DNA from: Mobula birostris
Taxonomy: Eukaryota
Reading direction: 5' to 3'
Assembly: GCF_030028105.1 (NCBI RefSeq)
Contig: NC_092382.1
Span: 100,270,699-100,334,698 of the forward strand
DNA: 64,000 nt
The translations under genes and the position numbers were made by a program. Below, in pieces: positions 11,760 through 24,428 of this stretch. The first letter of the stretch is position 1. The number at the start of each line of letters is the position of its first letter. A model generated the notes under the pieces. That model saw only the letters and a list, made by a program, of their open reading frames with translations. It had not been told where the DNA came from and ran no database searches.

Positions 11760-13530
11760 TTTGAATTATAGACAATAGAGAATAGACAATAAGTGCAGGA
11801 GTAGGACATTCGGCCCTTCCAACGAGCATCGCCATTCACAGTGATCATGGTTGAACATCTACTATCAGTACCCCGTTCCTGTCCTATATCCCTTGACTCC
11901 GCTATCTTTACGAGCTCCATCTTGAAAGCATCCAGAGAATTGGCCTCCACAGCCTTCTGGGGCAGAGCATTCCAAAGGTCCACAACTCTCTGGGTGAAAA
12001 AAGTTTTTCCTGAACTCCGTTCTAAATGGCCTACCCCTTCTTCTTAAACTGTGGCCTCCGGTTCTGGACTCCCCCAACATCGGGCACATGTTTCCTGCCT
12101 CTAGCGTGTCCAATCCCTTAATAATCTTATATGTTTCAAACAGATCCCCTCTCATCCTTCTAAATTCCAGAGTATACAAGCCCGGTCGCTCCAATCTTTC
12201 AACATATGACAGTCCCGCCATCCAGGGAATTAACCTCGTGAACGTACGCTGCACTCCCTCCACAGCAAGAATGCCCCTCCTCAAATTTGGAGACCAAAAC
12301 TTCACAAAATACTCTGGATGTGGTCTCACCAGGGCCCTGTACAACTGCAGAAGGACATCTTTGCTCCTATACTCAACTCCTATGCTTACATGTTATATCT
12401 CAGCAAGTTTTGTCCCGATAAGGAAGCCAAGGATGTACCGTCAACCAACTTTATTTCGAAAAAAAAAACCTGCTTGAATTAAGTCAATCTATACCACTCA
12501 TGATCTTGTTTCCCTCGATCAAAGCTCCCTTCGTTATTCTGCAATCCAGGAAATAAAGTCCTCACGTATTCAATCTTTCTTTGTAACTCAGGTCAAGTCC
12601 TGGCCACGTGGTTCGGTTTTTGCTCTGCACTATTTCAATCTTATTGATAGTTTCTTGTAGGTAGGTGACCAAAATTGCACACAATGCTCCAAATTAGGCC
12701 TCCTCTACATTTGTATAACTTAAGCATAACATCTCATCTTCTGTACTCAATTTATGAAAGCTTTCTTTACGACCTTCCTGCATAGAGGTGACCTGATAGA
12801 GGTGTATAAGGTTATGAGAGGTATGGCTCGTGTGAATAGTCAGAGAGTGAAAGGGACAATATGAGAGGGCGCAGTTTCATGGTGCTTGGAAGTAGCTACA
12901 GAGGCGATGTCAGGGTTAAGTGTTTCATGCAGAGAGTGGAGAGTGCGTAGAATGGGCTGCTGGCGACCTTGGTGGTGGCAGAAACGATAGGGTCGTTTAA
13001 GAGACTGCTGGATAATTACATGGAACTTGGAAAAATAGAGGGCTATGGGTAACCCTAGGTAACTTCTGAAGTAAGAATATGTTCGGTGCAGCTTTGTGGG
13101 CCGAAAGGCCTGTATTGTCCAGGAGGTTTTCTGTCTCTCTTTGATTCTACATAGGGTAAGGATTTATAAGATTACGGAGTGCACAGACAGAATAGACTTT
13201 CACCTCTAGGGTCAAAATGTACAATACATTTTTAAGGTGGAGGGGGGAGTGAAAAGGAGATGTGAGAGGCAAGTCTTCCCACACAGTGCTGGGTGTCTGG
13301 AATGTGCAGCCTGGGGTGTTGGTAGAGGCAGATACATTAGAGGCTTTCGGTGATGCTTAGAACATAGAAATCTACGGCACATTACAGGCCCTGCGGCCCA
13401 CAATGTTGTACCGACCATGTAACCCACTCTAGAAACTGCCCAGAATTTCGCCCCCGCATAGCCCTCTATTTCCCTCAGCTCCGTGTACCTTTCTAAGAGT
13501 CTCTTTACGCCCGCAATCTGCCTGTGATGC
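11760..13530. mobile_element. Patchwork of CR1 3' fragments in both orientations
   Basis: [30 protein letters not shown] motif (11865-12344, minus) and several CR1 3'UTR tails. Confidence 0.8.
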
Positions 13531-14278
13531 CTCTTCCCATGAATTATGGACCTCAACAATGCAAATTTCAACATGATATTCGAACTCCTGCACCCCAATG
13601 AACTCATAAATTCGTCAGATGCTGAAAATCCAAAGCAACGGACATGCGAATTGCTGGAGGAACCTATCCAGGGTAGTCAGCATCTATGGAAATGAATAAG
13701 CAGGTGACGTTTCGGGCGGAGACCCTCCTTTCGGACTGGAAAACTGGGGGTGGGAGAGACGCCAGAATAAAAAGTTAGGAGTGGGGAAGGAAGTTAGCTA
13801 GAAAGAGATGAGTGAAACCAAATGGAGGGTGGGGGGAGAGAAGCGGGGAATCTGATTGGAGAGTTGAGTGGAGCACATAGGCAAGTGCCTGATTTCTGAA
13901 AGGCAACCTGCTAAACGTTCCCTTTCCTACCTGTGAAGCCATTTTGAAGGAGTTGGGGATCCGTATTCCCAAACGATTGTCCTCTACCGCATTCCTAGAT
14001 GCTGGTCCATTCGCTATGTGGTTCACGTCCTGCTTTGCCCTGGCAAACTGCAACACCTTCCACTGGTATGCGTTAAATTGTGTCTGACATTTTCTTCCCG
14101 ATTTTCTCAGCTGGTACAGATCCCGCTGCAATCTCTGAACCGCTCTACTTTATACACTCCGCACCCAATGTTGAAATAGCCTCATCTCGTTCAACATGTT
14201 AAAATCTTAGTCAACCTCGCCTTGCCTTGACGATAGATAGATAGATAGGTAGGTAGATGGATAGATAGATAGATAGAT

Positions 14279-14319
<41 letters not shown>

Positions 14320-14982
14320 CGAGTACTGTGTAAGCGACAATAAGATTCGTTCAGAAGGTGATAGAGAGTGAAAGAAAGAAGCAGAACGAGATGGAGAGAG
14401 GAACAGGAAGAGGGGAAATGGAGGTCAGAGACAAGGGGGAAAATGGCGAGAGAGCGAGGCGGAGAATGGGAAAGAGAGGAGAGAAACTGTGGAGTGGAAC
14501 TGTGCCGGCAACGGTGTTGGAGGCGGATACGATAAGGTCCTTCAGGAGACTTTTGGATAGGTACACGAAGCTTTGAAAAATAGAGGGCTGCGGGTAAGCC
14601 TAGTAATTGGTAAGGTGGGGACATGTACGGCACAACTTTGTAGACCGAAGGGCCTGTATTGTGTAGTAGGGTTTCGATGTTTCTATGTTTTCTATACAAT
14701 CGAGAGGGAGAAGGAGAGGGGGAGAGAGAAAAGAAGACGCCGATGACCAGGGAGGCAGGCAGACAGACTGAGACAGAAACAAGGGTAAGTGAGCAGATGC
14801 AGACGCACTGCGACATTAACGGAGTCATTAAGAGGTAACTCCCTGAATGAGCGAGGTTCCGCAAACAGATGGAGATGGATACTAATATATGTGTAACAGC
14901 AACACATTTCTAAAGAGGGAGCAGTCACCGGCGGAAAGCGAGAACGGGAGATGTGTGCAGAATATAAATCCGAATGAAGTCA

Positions 14983-15023
14983 TACGTCACGGCGGGACTG
15001 ACAGCGCCGTCGAATCTGATTGG
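14983..15023 (+). promoter_or_regulatory. V-C1 promoter: CRE-like site plus inverted CCAAT
   Basis: TACGTCAC at 14983 and GATTGG at 15018, ~130-170 nt upstream of the leader ATG. Confidence 0.5.
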
Positions 15024-15150
15024 TTCACTACGATGCATGGGCGTGGCGAACCCGTGTAATCCTTCGTCGTGTTTCCAGTGGAGCCGTACACGGAGTTATT
15101 GCGTCTCGCTCCCTGTCTCGACGGCCGGGGTTAAGTAATCGCTAGAAAAG

Positions 15151-16442
15151 ATGCTTCCATTGCTACCGCTGCTAGCTTCATTCTACTGTAAGTCATCTTT
15201 AAAAAGATTTATCTTACGTTTCACTCTCACCTTCTGCTCTCTCTGTTTACGATCGCCCTTTCGCCGCCGCTTTCCCTCGCTGCCTCTCGGGGTCTCTCTA
15301 AATCTGCGCACCTCTCCATCTGCACACGCATCGGCGGTCCATCTTTCTTCCTCGGCCCCACGGCCGCTCTCTGCCGCTTGTTTCCTATCCGATTCACTCT
15401 GACCCTTTTGTCCAGAAAGCGGCAGCCATGATAGTGCCGGTGAACCGCTTCGGCACCCGCTCCTAAGCAGGGAAACCCTTCCCTGCGAAGTGGCGACCAG
15501 AACGATACACGACACTTCAGATGTTTGCCGGAGCACAGGGGAGACTCGTTCACCCGTATCAATAGTAGAGTGGCTGAACTGTGAAGACTGTGCCCTTCGT
15601 GGTTTTACACACCTCTGTAAGGTCACCCATACGCTCCAAGGAATAAAACCCCAACCTTCCCGACCTCTCTCCGTAACTTGGTCCCTGGAATCCCGGTAAT
15701 ATCCTCGTATATCTCCCTCTGAAATCTTTTCAGCTCGGTGGCATCTTTCCTGCAGCAGGGCGACCAACACTGAACGCCGCACCCCAAGCGTGGTCTCACC
15801 GACGTCTTGCCCAATTGGAACGTGACCTCCCGACTCCCGTACTCAGCGTCCTGACGGATCAAGGCCAGCGCGCCAAACTTCGCCACGCCTGGGACCCACT
15901 GTACCACAACACTCCCCGGGGGTCCTGCAAGTCCTCCCTCTGCGGTGCATATTTCTATCAGGATCATTTCTACCCACCCTGTGCAAGCGAAATTCTCCAT
16001 GTAGCGTCACGAACAGATCTGCGCACAATTACCTTTGTAACTAAACCCTAAGCCCATTGTCATAACCGGTACTGGGGCAGACTTGAGAGATCGACTCCTG
16101 CAAATCGGTAGCTAATTTCTTGCATTCTCATTTTTTTTTCCTCTAGGGGCGAACGCAGTGACCATCCATCAGATCCCGGACACCTTCTCTGGGAGTCCCG
16201 GGGAGAAAATATCCCTGAAATGTGTTGCGCAGGGTGCCGGGACTAACACGATGCTTTGGTACAGGCAACGCGCGGGGAAGGCGCCGGAGAACCTCTTTTA
16301 CTCCACAACCGTTGGCCACGCTGTCCCGGCAGCGGAGGCGGAAGGCCTCTCGGCCGAGAGACCGAACGGCCGGGAGTTTAATTTGAAGGCCTCCGGCCTG
16401 GGGATGAACCACACGGCCCTGTACCTCTGCGCCTGGAGTCTA
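15151..16442 (+). CDS. TRBV: TCR V segment, family C (V-C1), apparently functional, closest to TRBV30
   Basis: Leader 15151-15187 MLPLLPLLASFY + GTAAGT. The 959-nt intron contains a CR1 remnant. Exon 16147-16442: AVTIHQIPDTF..ISLKC..MLWYRQRAGKAPENLFYS..LSAERP..EFNL..ALYLCAWSL. Confidence 0.87.
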
Positions 16443-16481
16443 CACGGCGACGCAGAGATTCGGCGCCGTACAACAAAAACT
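16443..16481 (+). other. 23-RSS of V-C1
   Basis: CACGGCG + 23 nt + ACAAAAACT. Confidence 0.85.
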
Positions 16482-16639
16482 GCGAGTGCTAAAAGGGGGG
16501 CGGGGCGTGACTCTCTGAGAGACGGCTGAGATCTTATCTGTGATAAGATCAGCTTTTCTTATCACGTGCGTCGTTTTGTGTCGACGTCTGAGGATTGTGG
16601 AGTTGGGGAGGAGGCGGAGACTGACAGTGTCACGATGTT

Positions 16640-17490
16640 TTAACTATATAACCATATAACAAAAACAGCACAGAAACAGGCCATCTCGGTCCTTCTAGTT
16701 CGTGCCGACCTCTTATTCTCACCCAGTCCCAGCGACCTGCACTCAGCCCATAACCCTCCATTCCTTTCCTGTCCATAGAGCTGTCCAATTTAACTTTAAA
16801 CAACAACATCGAACCTGCCTCAGCCACTTCTTCTGGAAGCTCGTTCCACACGGCTACCACTCTCAGAGTAAAGAAGTTCCCCCTCATGTTACCCCTAAAC
16901 TTTTGCCCCCTAACTCTCAACTCATGTGCTCTTGTTTGAATCTCCCCACCTCTCAATGGAAAAAACCTATCCACGTCAACTCTATCTATCCCCCTCATAA
17001 TTTTAAATACCTCTATCAAGTCCCCCCTCACCCTTCTACACTACAGAGAATAAAGACCCAACTTGTTCAACCTTTCTCTGTAATTCAGGAGATGAAACCC
17101 AGGTAACATTCTAGTAAATCCTCTCTGTACTCACTCAATTTTGTTGACCTTTTTCCTATAATTTGGTGACCAAAACTGTACACAGTACTCCAAATTTGGT
17201 CTCATCGATGCCTTGTACAATTTCAACACTACATCCCAACTCCTATACTCAATGCTCTGATGAATAAAGGCCAGCAAACCAAAAGCTTTCTTCACCACCC
17301 TATCCACATGAGATTCCACCTTCAGGGAACTATGCACCATCATTCCTAGATCCCTCTGTTCTACTGCATTCTTCAATGCCCCACCATTTACCATGTATGT
17401 CCTATTTTGATTAGTCCTACCAAAATGTAGCACCTCACATTTATCAGCATTAAACTCCACTTGCCATCTGTCAGCCCACTTTTCTAACTC
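16640..17490 (-). mobile_element. 5'-truncated CR1 LINE (mirror ~58710-59565, +)
   Basis: KWADRWQVEFNADKCEVLHFG...RPNLEYCVQFWSP...MRGDLIEVFK plus CR1 3' tail. Confidence 0.9.
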
Positions 17491-17499
17491 GCCTACAAA

Positions 17500-17640
17500 G
17501 CCAGTATCCATAACCCACTTTGTTTTTGGAATGCGGAAGGAACCGGGGAAACCCCGAGGAAACACCCACCGTCACGGAGAGGACGTTCGCAAAAGAGAAA
17601 ACCTCTAGACAGCAGCGGGAATGGAACGCCGACCGCGAGG
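17500..17640 (-). mobile_element. V-SINE/HE1-like tRNA-SINE remnant (mirror ~58560-58700)
   Basis: CGTCCTCTCCGTGACGG..GTTTCCTCGGGG..TCC..CATTCCAAA resembles the V-SINE central domain (recalled similarity). Confidence 0.5.
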
Positions 17641-18403
17641 GCTGCAGAGCGCTGCACCGGCCGCTGCGCTCCCGGGAGCGGGGCAATTGTTCCCTTCAGC
17701 CGGCATTTATCTTTTCGCTGCGACTCCGATCAAAGGAGAGCTAGGGAGGGAACCACAACTTTCACGGTGAAAGCGACTGAAAGATTCTTCCTGTAGATCG
17801 ATACCAGTCCCTGATGACAAAGGACGGTCCGTATCTGATATCCAGCACGCAATCAGAGCTCACCGTAGTGTCGGGAAACCCACTCAATCCCTGTGACGCC
17901 TTCCGTCCGTTTATGCCCCTTATCCTGGTCAGTCTGTAGAGGGTTGGAGTCTCGGATGCAAAGAGAACTGCCCTGGGACAGAAGGACGTCCCTTTAAAAC
18001 CACAGATGAGGGAGAAATTCCATCGATAGAAGGTGTTGAATCTGCGTAGAAGACTAAAGGCAGGACTCTTGACTGTGTGCAGAATCAGAGGGATCTTGGA
18101 GTCCGTGTCCATAGGACACTCAAAGCTGCTACGCAAGTTGATAATGTTGTTAAGAAGGCGTATGGCTTGTTGGCATTCATTAACGGTGGGTTTGAGTTTA
18201 AGAGCCGTGAGGTAATGTTACAGCGATATAAGACGTCAATTAGAGTTGACTTGAGTACGCTGCTCAGTTCTGTTCACCTCATTACAGAAGGGATATGGGT
18301 ACTACAGAGAGAGTGCAGTGGAGATTTAGGAGGATGTTTCCCGGGTTGGAGAGAGCGTCTTATGGAAGTAGGTTGAGTGAACTTGGCGTTGACTCCCTGG
18401 TGC

Positions 18404-18447
<44 letters not shown>

Positions 18448-19097
18448 CACAGTAACAGAGACACAAAGAAAGAAAGGGGAGAGAATGAGTTCAAGAACTT
18501 TAAGAGAATATTGTTAAGTGACAAACAGAGGCTAAAACACAGACCGTAGAACTCGAAGACCAAAATAGGCCGTTTGCCCTTTCCCCCACTATTTCTAGGT
18601 TAAAAACGATGCCAAATTTTGTTGGGAGAGTTCGGACGGATCTCCGCTGATGGACACGTCTATTCCGAACGGTCAAATCGAGGGAATAGGCTGGTCGAAT
18701 TTCTAATGCCTTCCAGTGAGCGGTCAACCGCGAATCTGTCTGATAATAACCCCAACATCGCATTTAGTGTGTTTCCTCCTAACAGGACAACGGTTCAAAG
18801 AAAGATAATTTTTTACTCGGGATCATGTTCTGGATTGCCTGTGAGTAGTTTTGCTAAATATCTTACTCCTCTCTCGCTTGAGTTTCTTCTGATGTCTTGA
18901 TCTCCCAAAGATTTCTTCCTGATCGGGCACAGAGGTGAACACTGCCCGTCAGGGGGTCGTTGCCTCTGCTTGTCTGTGCCTCGGTGGTTGTCCGTCCACA
19001 CCGGGGTCTCCGACTTCCCTTTCCCTTTTCAACGAACGCCTTTGTCACTGGGACGCCTGTCATCCTCTCCTACTCTCATCCAACTCTCTGACTTCTG

Positions 19098-19401
19098 GTG
19101 AGAGGTTGGTGACAGTGCGCCCAGAATCCGGACCCTTTCGGCGCACCGCCCGCCGCCAAAATGAAATTGCAGGCAAAGCGGAAGGTGGGAGCAGCCCTGG
19201 TTGCACCCCATGGTTCAGGAAGTATCCGGGAAAGTGATCCCCAGAACCTCATTTATCGGATGGTCAACATGCATCGAGAGCCGAGGGGGAATGCGGGCAG
19301 ATTAACGCCCAAGAGGCTAAAAAAACAGATGAAATTGACTTCCAGCGACCTAACTGCCAATCCCTTCGCACGCTATTTGTGCGCTTGGAGCTTACACGGC
19401 C
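19098..19401 (+). pseudogene. Degenerate TCR V pseudogene (paralog of 3946-4251)
   Basis: Frameshifted; 3' frame PQNLIYRMVNMH...RYLCAWSL followed by CACGGCC. Confidence 0.75.
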
Positions 19402-20022
19402 ACAGTCTTATAACACGACAAAATTGATCCTATAACCGCTGCCGACGGTTAGACATTCTATCATCTATATTACAATCCGGTTAACGTGTTTATATTTTCT
19501 TGTTCCTCAGTTATACCCATTAGGCCTCATTCGTCGAGCTGTCCAGTCTGCCCTGACTGCGCATTGCTGTGACCTTCCCCTTGACACGTCGTGCCACGTA
19601 ACCCCGTTAATCCCTCTCGCTGTACCCCACCCACAACAACGGAACACCGGAATACAGAGCTGCCGGTAGTTCACCTCCTACAACCAAGTCTCACTGAAGG
19701 CGACAATGGGGTAAATCCACGGGCGGACACAAACTATAACTCCGTCACATTTCCCATGATCCTCCTTGCGTTGAAGCCTGCGCAGCTCAGAACTTTAGAC
19801 CCACCATGCCCAACCTATGTTTATTCCCGACCTTGTGTGTAGAATTAAAAAAATCCCTCTCCACAACCACTCTAGTGTCTGGAGCGCTGGGTTCGTTCTC
19901 CCCCCGACACTCCAGTTTAACCACCCACCCCCACCCCCGCACCTGCGCTCCCATTGACAGTCGCGGCTCTCCTCAGAGTTGCAGGTTATTGTTCGGTTTC
20001 ACCATCCGGTCGGGCAGCTGTG

Positions 20023-20673
20023 TAAACTCCAGGCGCAGAAATAACGAGCCGAATGATTCGCAGTCAGACTTTTAGAAATCAGCTTGAACTGGTTGTCCTG
20101 CCTCTTGGCTGTTAACCCGTCCGCCGTCTCCTTCGGTTCCAGATGCTCGTTGTTCGCCTAGTAAAACAGGTACTGAGGTCCGTTCCCCGGGTACTGTCTG
20201 TACCAGTACATATAATCAGTATCACTCCCTCCTTCCGCCGTACAATGCAACTCCATCCCGTCGCCGGGCATTGCGGAAAACGCGGCGGGAGTCTGGCGGA
20301 CAGTCACCGATGTCCCGCCTTTGGACCGGGAGGGGAACAAAAAGGAAGGAGGAAACACTGAGTGACCGGCGTCCGGAGGAGGGCGGCGGAGAGTGGAACA
20401 AGAAAGGGGAAATGAAGGGAGACGTTGGGAATGAAACAGCAATTGAGGGAGAGACACGACGGGTGCGGTTACAGAGAAAGAAATATAGTCGACATCTGAA
20501 GAACGTTAGATGAGTGAGAGAGAATGATAATAATAATAATAAGCAGAAGAAGAGGAAGAAGAAGAAGAAGAAAAAAAAGATGAAGAAGACGAAAGTAAGA
20601 AATTAAATAAAACCTACATACACGTAAACCAGGCTGTGATCCACGGCAAGAAAAGTTCTTGTCCGTGGTTCAT
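20023..20673 (-). pseudogene. TRBV: TCR V pseudogene, family B (psi-B2)
   Basis: Leader 20622-20673 MNHGQELFLPWITAWFT with GTATGT donor. Exon 20023-20318 has TAG at 20158-20160. RSS is CACAGCT-23-ACAATAACC (19984-20022). Confidence 0.87.
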
Positions 20674-20943
20674 TTTAACGCAATGCCGAAAGAGAGGAGG
20701 GTGACGAATCGCCGAGGTAACAGCAGAGGGCTTTGCGCTTTGCGCGTTAGGAGACACATGGGATATCAGTCACACCCCTTCCGCCGAGTTAACCAATCGG
20801 ATTCGATGACGTAGTTAAAGCGGCCCCTTCGGCGCATCATAAAGTTTTACTTGTTATGAACGCCAGCGATTCTGCAGAGTCTAGAAATCCAAAGCAACGC
20901 CTTCAAAATGCTGGTGGAGCTCAGCACGCCTGGCAGCGTTAAT

Positions 20944-21607
20944 AGAAGCATATCTTGGTGTTGAAATTAGCACGGATCTTAACTGGGCATCCCACATCAA
21001 TCAGAGTGCAGCCAAAGCAAATAAAATGGCGTGTATGCTGAGAAGGCACCTCCACTCATGTGGTAAGTCCGTCAAGGACATGGCGTACGAGACACTCGAC
21101 CGTTCAAAGCTTGAGAATTGCGCGGCCATGTGGGATTCCCATCAAGCTGACTATAAAAGTTCATCGAAAAATATCCAACGTCGTGCTGCTCGCTTTGTGT
21201 GAAACAATTACAGCAGGAAATCCAGTGTCAACAACATGCTCTCTAACCTTCAATGAGAACCACTTGAAAACCGGCGTATTAAACTACGGTTAATTTTCAT
21301 TTTCGAAGAAGTGCACACCATCACTCCATCAAACATCCAAATTCGACACAGGGTCAGTTCTACTCGACAGGAAACTGGACCTCACATATTGGAAACCCCT
21401 TCATTGAATAGAATTTGCTACCAGTACTCCCTGTACCCAAGATGAACAAAAGAGTGGAATCTTCTGCCGCCAGACCTGAGCAGTATTTCTGATATGACTA
21501 ATTTTAAGAGATAAACTAAATCAAATCGATTTTGGGGATCCAGTCAACAAAGCTTATTTTACAATGCAACTGTAAAATTTTGCGCAGTACCAAGCAGAAA
21601 CAGAAGC
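20944..21607 (+). mobile_element. 5'-truncated non-CR1 LINE (RTE-X-like), mirror 54561-55241
   Basis: YLGVEISTDLNWASHINQSAAKANKMACMLRRHL..YETLVRPKLE.C..WDSH; tail AAGCAGAAACAGAAGC; absent at the paralogous sites ~5727 and ~23135. Clade call is an inference. Confidence 0.6.
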
Positions 21608-22007
21608 GGAAATGAACGGTCCGGGCCGAGACGCTTCTCCAGCAGCTGGGAGGAAGCGAGAAAAAGCCAGAATTAAAACCTAAGGGGACGAGGAACAGGA
21701 ATTGCGAGAAATGGATAGGTTAAGCCAGGTGGGTGAAAAAGGGAAGGGTAGGGTGATGAAAGAATCTGCTGTTGAAAGGAGAAAGGAAAGGAAGCCCGGC
21801 ATTTGTGGGGGGGGGAGGTTGCCGAGGTGATAGGTGAGAAGGGGTAAGAGGCTAGAGTGGGCGGAAGAGGCGAGTGGGAGGAATTGTTTAAACTCGAAAG
21901 TGAATTCGATATTGCTGTCACCAAGTTGGAGGCTGCCCATACGGGATATAAGCTGTCGCTCAGCACCCTCCGAATCGCGGTCTAATTTCCTGTAACTAAG
22001 ATCATAA

Positions 22008-22066
<59 letters not shown>

Positions 22067-22854
22067 CTATCTTTCGCTCTCTGATTTACAAGCGCATGTG
22101 AGACGAATGAGACAGCAGAATCTCTCTCTGACTGGAACCTAGATGCACTGGTTACGGAAACTTCCTTCAACACATTTGAGAAAAAAACTGCTTCCTATCT
22201 CGGCATTTTTACAGAACGGAGTCGCAGTCAATATTTGGACAGTTAAAATCTCCTGTTATCACCACCTTATGTTTCTTGCAAAAGTCTCTCAAGAAAATTA
22301 CTCCGGTAACTTTCGCGTACTGTTGGACGTTCTATAATCTGATCCAGTTAACGTGGTTATACTTTCCGATTAATCACTTCTATGCATAATGCCTCAGTGG
22401 TCGAGCTCTGCAGTCTGTTCTGACTGAGCATTGCAGTGATATTTCCCCCGACAGGTCGTGCTACAACCCCCCCCCCCCCCGTTAATCCCTCTGGCTTTAT
22501 CACGCCCACAACAGCGAAACCCCGGATTACAGAGCTGCCGGTACTGCACCTCCTCCAACGAAGTCTCACTGAAGGCGGCAATGCGGTAAATCCACGTGCG
22601 GACACAAACTATAACTCCGTCACACTTCCCATGATCCTCCTTGCGTTGAAGCACACGCAGCTCAGAACTTTAGACCCACCATGCCCAACCTAATTTATTC
22701 CTGACCTTGTCCGTAGGTTGCACAAAATCTGTCCCCAAAATATAGTCGACATCTGAACAACGTTAGATGAGTGAGAGAGCATAATAATAATAATAATAAT
22801 AATAGGACGAAGAAGAAGAAGACGAAAGTAAGAAATTCATTTAAACCTACGTAG

Positions 22855-22906
22855 AGGTAAACCAGGCCGTGATCCCCAGCGGGAGAAATGCTTCTCTGTG
22901 GCCCAT
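22855..22906 (-). pseudogene. Orphan family-B leader exon; V exon deleted
   Basis: MGHREAFLPLGITAWFT with donor GT>CT; the intron is fused at ~22736 to sequence ~130 nt beyond where the RSS should be. Confidence 0.85.
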
Positions 22907-23718
22907 TTTAACGCAATACTGAAAGAGAGGGTGACGAATCGCGGCGGTAGGAGCAGACGGCTTTGCCCTTTGCGCGTAAGGAGACACCAAGGACTGTAGT
23001 CATACCTCTTCCGCCGAGTTATCCAATCGGAATCGATGACGTAATTAGTGCGACCCGAGATGCCGCGGAAGCTGGAAATCCAAAGCAACGCACTCAAAAT
23101 GTTGGGGGAGCTCAGCGCCGCAGGGAGGATCCAAGGAAATGAACGTTTCGGGCCGAGACGCTTCTCCAGGACAGGGAAGACAGGTAGAACAAGCCAGAAT
23201 TAAAGTATAAGGGGAAGAGGAGAGCGGTTGCGAGAAATCGATAGATAGAAGCCAGGTGGGTGAGAAAGGTGAAGGTCAGGTGATGAAAGGATCTGTTGTG
23301 GGAGGTGATTGAAGGAAAGGAGGACCGACACGTGAGGTGGCGGGGGTGGTGGTGATAGGCTGGTGAGACGAGATAACAGGCTAGGGTGGGGAAGATAAAC
23401 AGAGAGGAGTGGGATGGATGGCTTTTTAAACCGGAAAGTGAAATCGATATTCAAGCTATCAGTTTGGAGACTGCCGAGCCGGGACATAAGGTTTTGTTTA
23501 CCACTCTCCAATATCGCGGTCTGACCCGATGTAATATAACTCTTCATCTCTTTTACTCACTCTCTCACTCTCAATCTCTCTCTCTCTCACTCTCACTCTC
23601 TATCTCGCTCTCTCACTCTCAATCTCTCTATCTCGCTCTCTCGATCTCCTTCTCCCTCCCTCTCTCTCTCTCTCTCTCTCTCACTCTCTTACTCTCTATC
23701 TCACTCTCTCGATCTCCT

Positions 23719-23750
<32 letters not shown>

Positions 23751-23926
23751 AGACACATGCGAGTATAAATTTGCAATCCCCATCAATTAAATCTTCCTCC
23801 GATCCCATCCGCCGACAGCATCGAGGGAGAGCGAGATCACACGAACGCGAGGGCCTTCCCTCGGGAGCAACGAGCGAGCGACCGCCACACGCAGCCACCT
23901 TCTCCGGCAGAGCAGCGAGCGAGAGG

Positions 23927-23940
23927 CCGCTAGATGGCGC
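23927..23940 (+). promoter_or_regulatory. Candidate CTCF site (mirror 51650-51663, minus)
   Basis: CCGCTAGATGGCGC versus CCACTAGATGGCGC, in a CpG-rich patch. Confidence 0.6.
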
Positions 23941-24428
23941 CGAAGGCCCGCCCCCGCGCCCGCTGAGACGATTTTATTCTTCCTCGGCGCTTTAATCGGC
24001 GGGATCGCTAGACAGTCGATCATGGGATCGCGACCCGTCCGTCTCCCGGAACCCCTGGCCTCCAGGCCGCACGCTTTGGTCACAACCTCCTGGAGCACTC
24101 TCGGAACCTGCAAAGCGCCAGATCGCCCGATCGGCCTGAAATCACACACCAGAGTGTAGCTAACAGGCTCTGCCAGGAAAAGAAGGATATCTGAACTAAA
24201 ATGAAGATGTAAAAGAAATGCAAGGCATTGTTTTGTGAACCGTCTTCAGGATGTCGCCCAAAACCGCCCGCACTCTCACCCTATAAGCCTATGAACGCCA
24301 GTACCTGAACTTTACACACTTGCCGACTGTCAAACCTATGGACGCATCTCATAACTGAATAAGCATCTATCGGATTTCCCCCACGGCCCCACATGGAGCA
24401 GCAAGTTCGCCCACCGTTTTATTGTCGA

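Larger units (their letters stand above)
18060..20940. repeat. Direct duplicate of ~2925-5730 (CR1 end, (CA)n, psi-V, CR1-EN remnant, psi-B, promoter)
   Basis: Colinear paralogous ORFs such as 3745/18935, 4661/19806, 5012/20158, 5125/20271. Confidence 0.85.

Noticed and set aside
22725-22750. Germline RAG-mediated excision as the cause of the missing V
   Set aside because: Neither breakpoint is at a heptamer; the RSS itself is deleted
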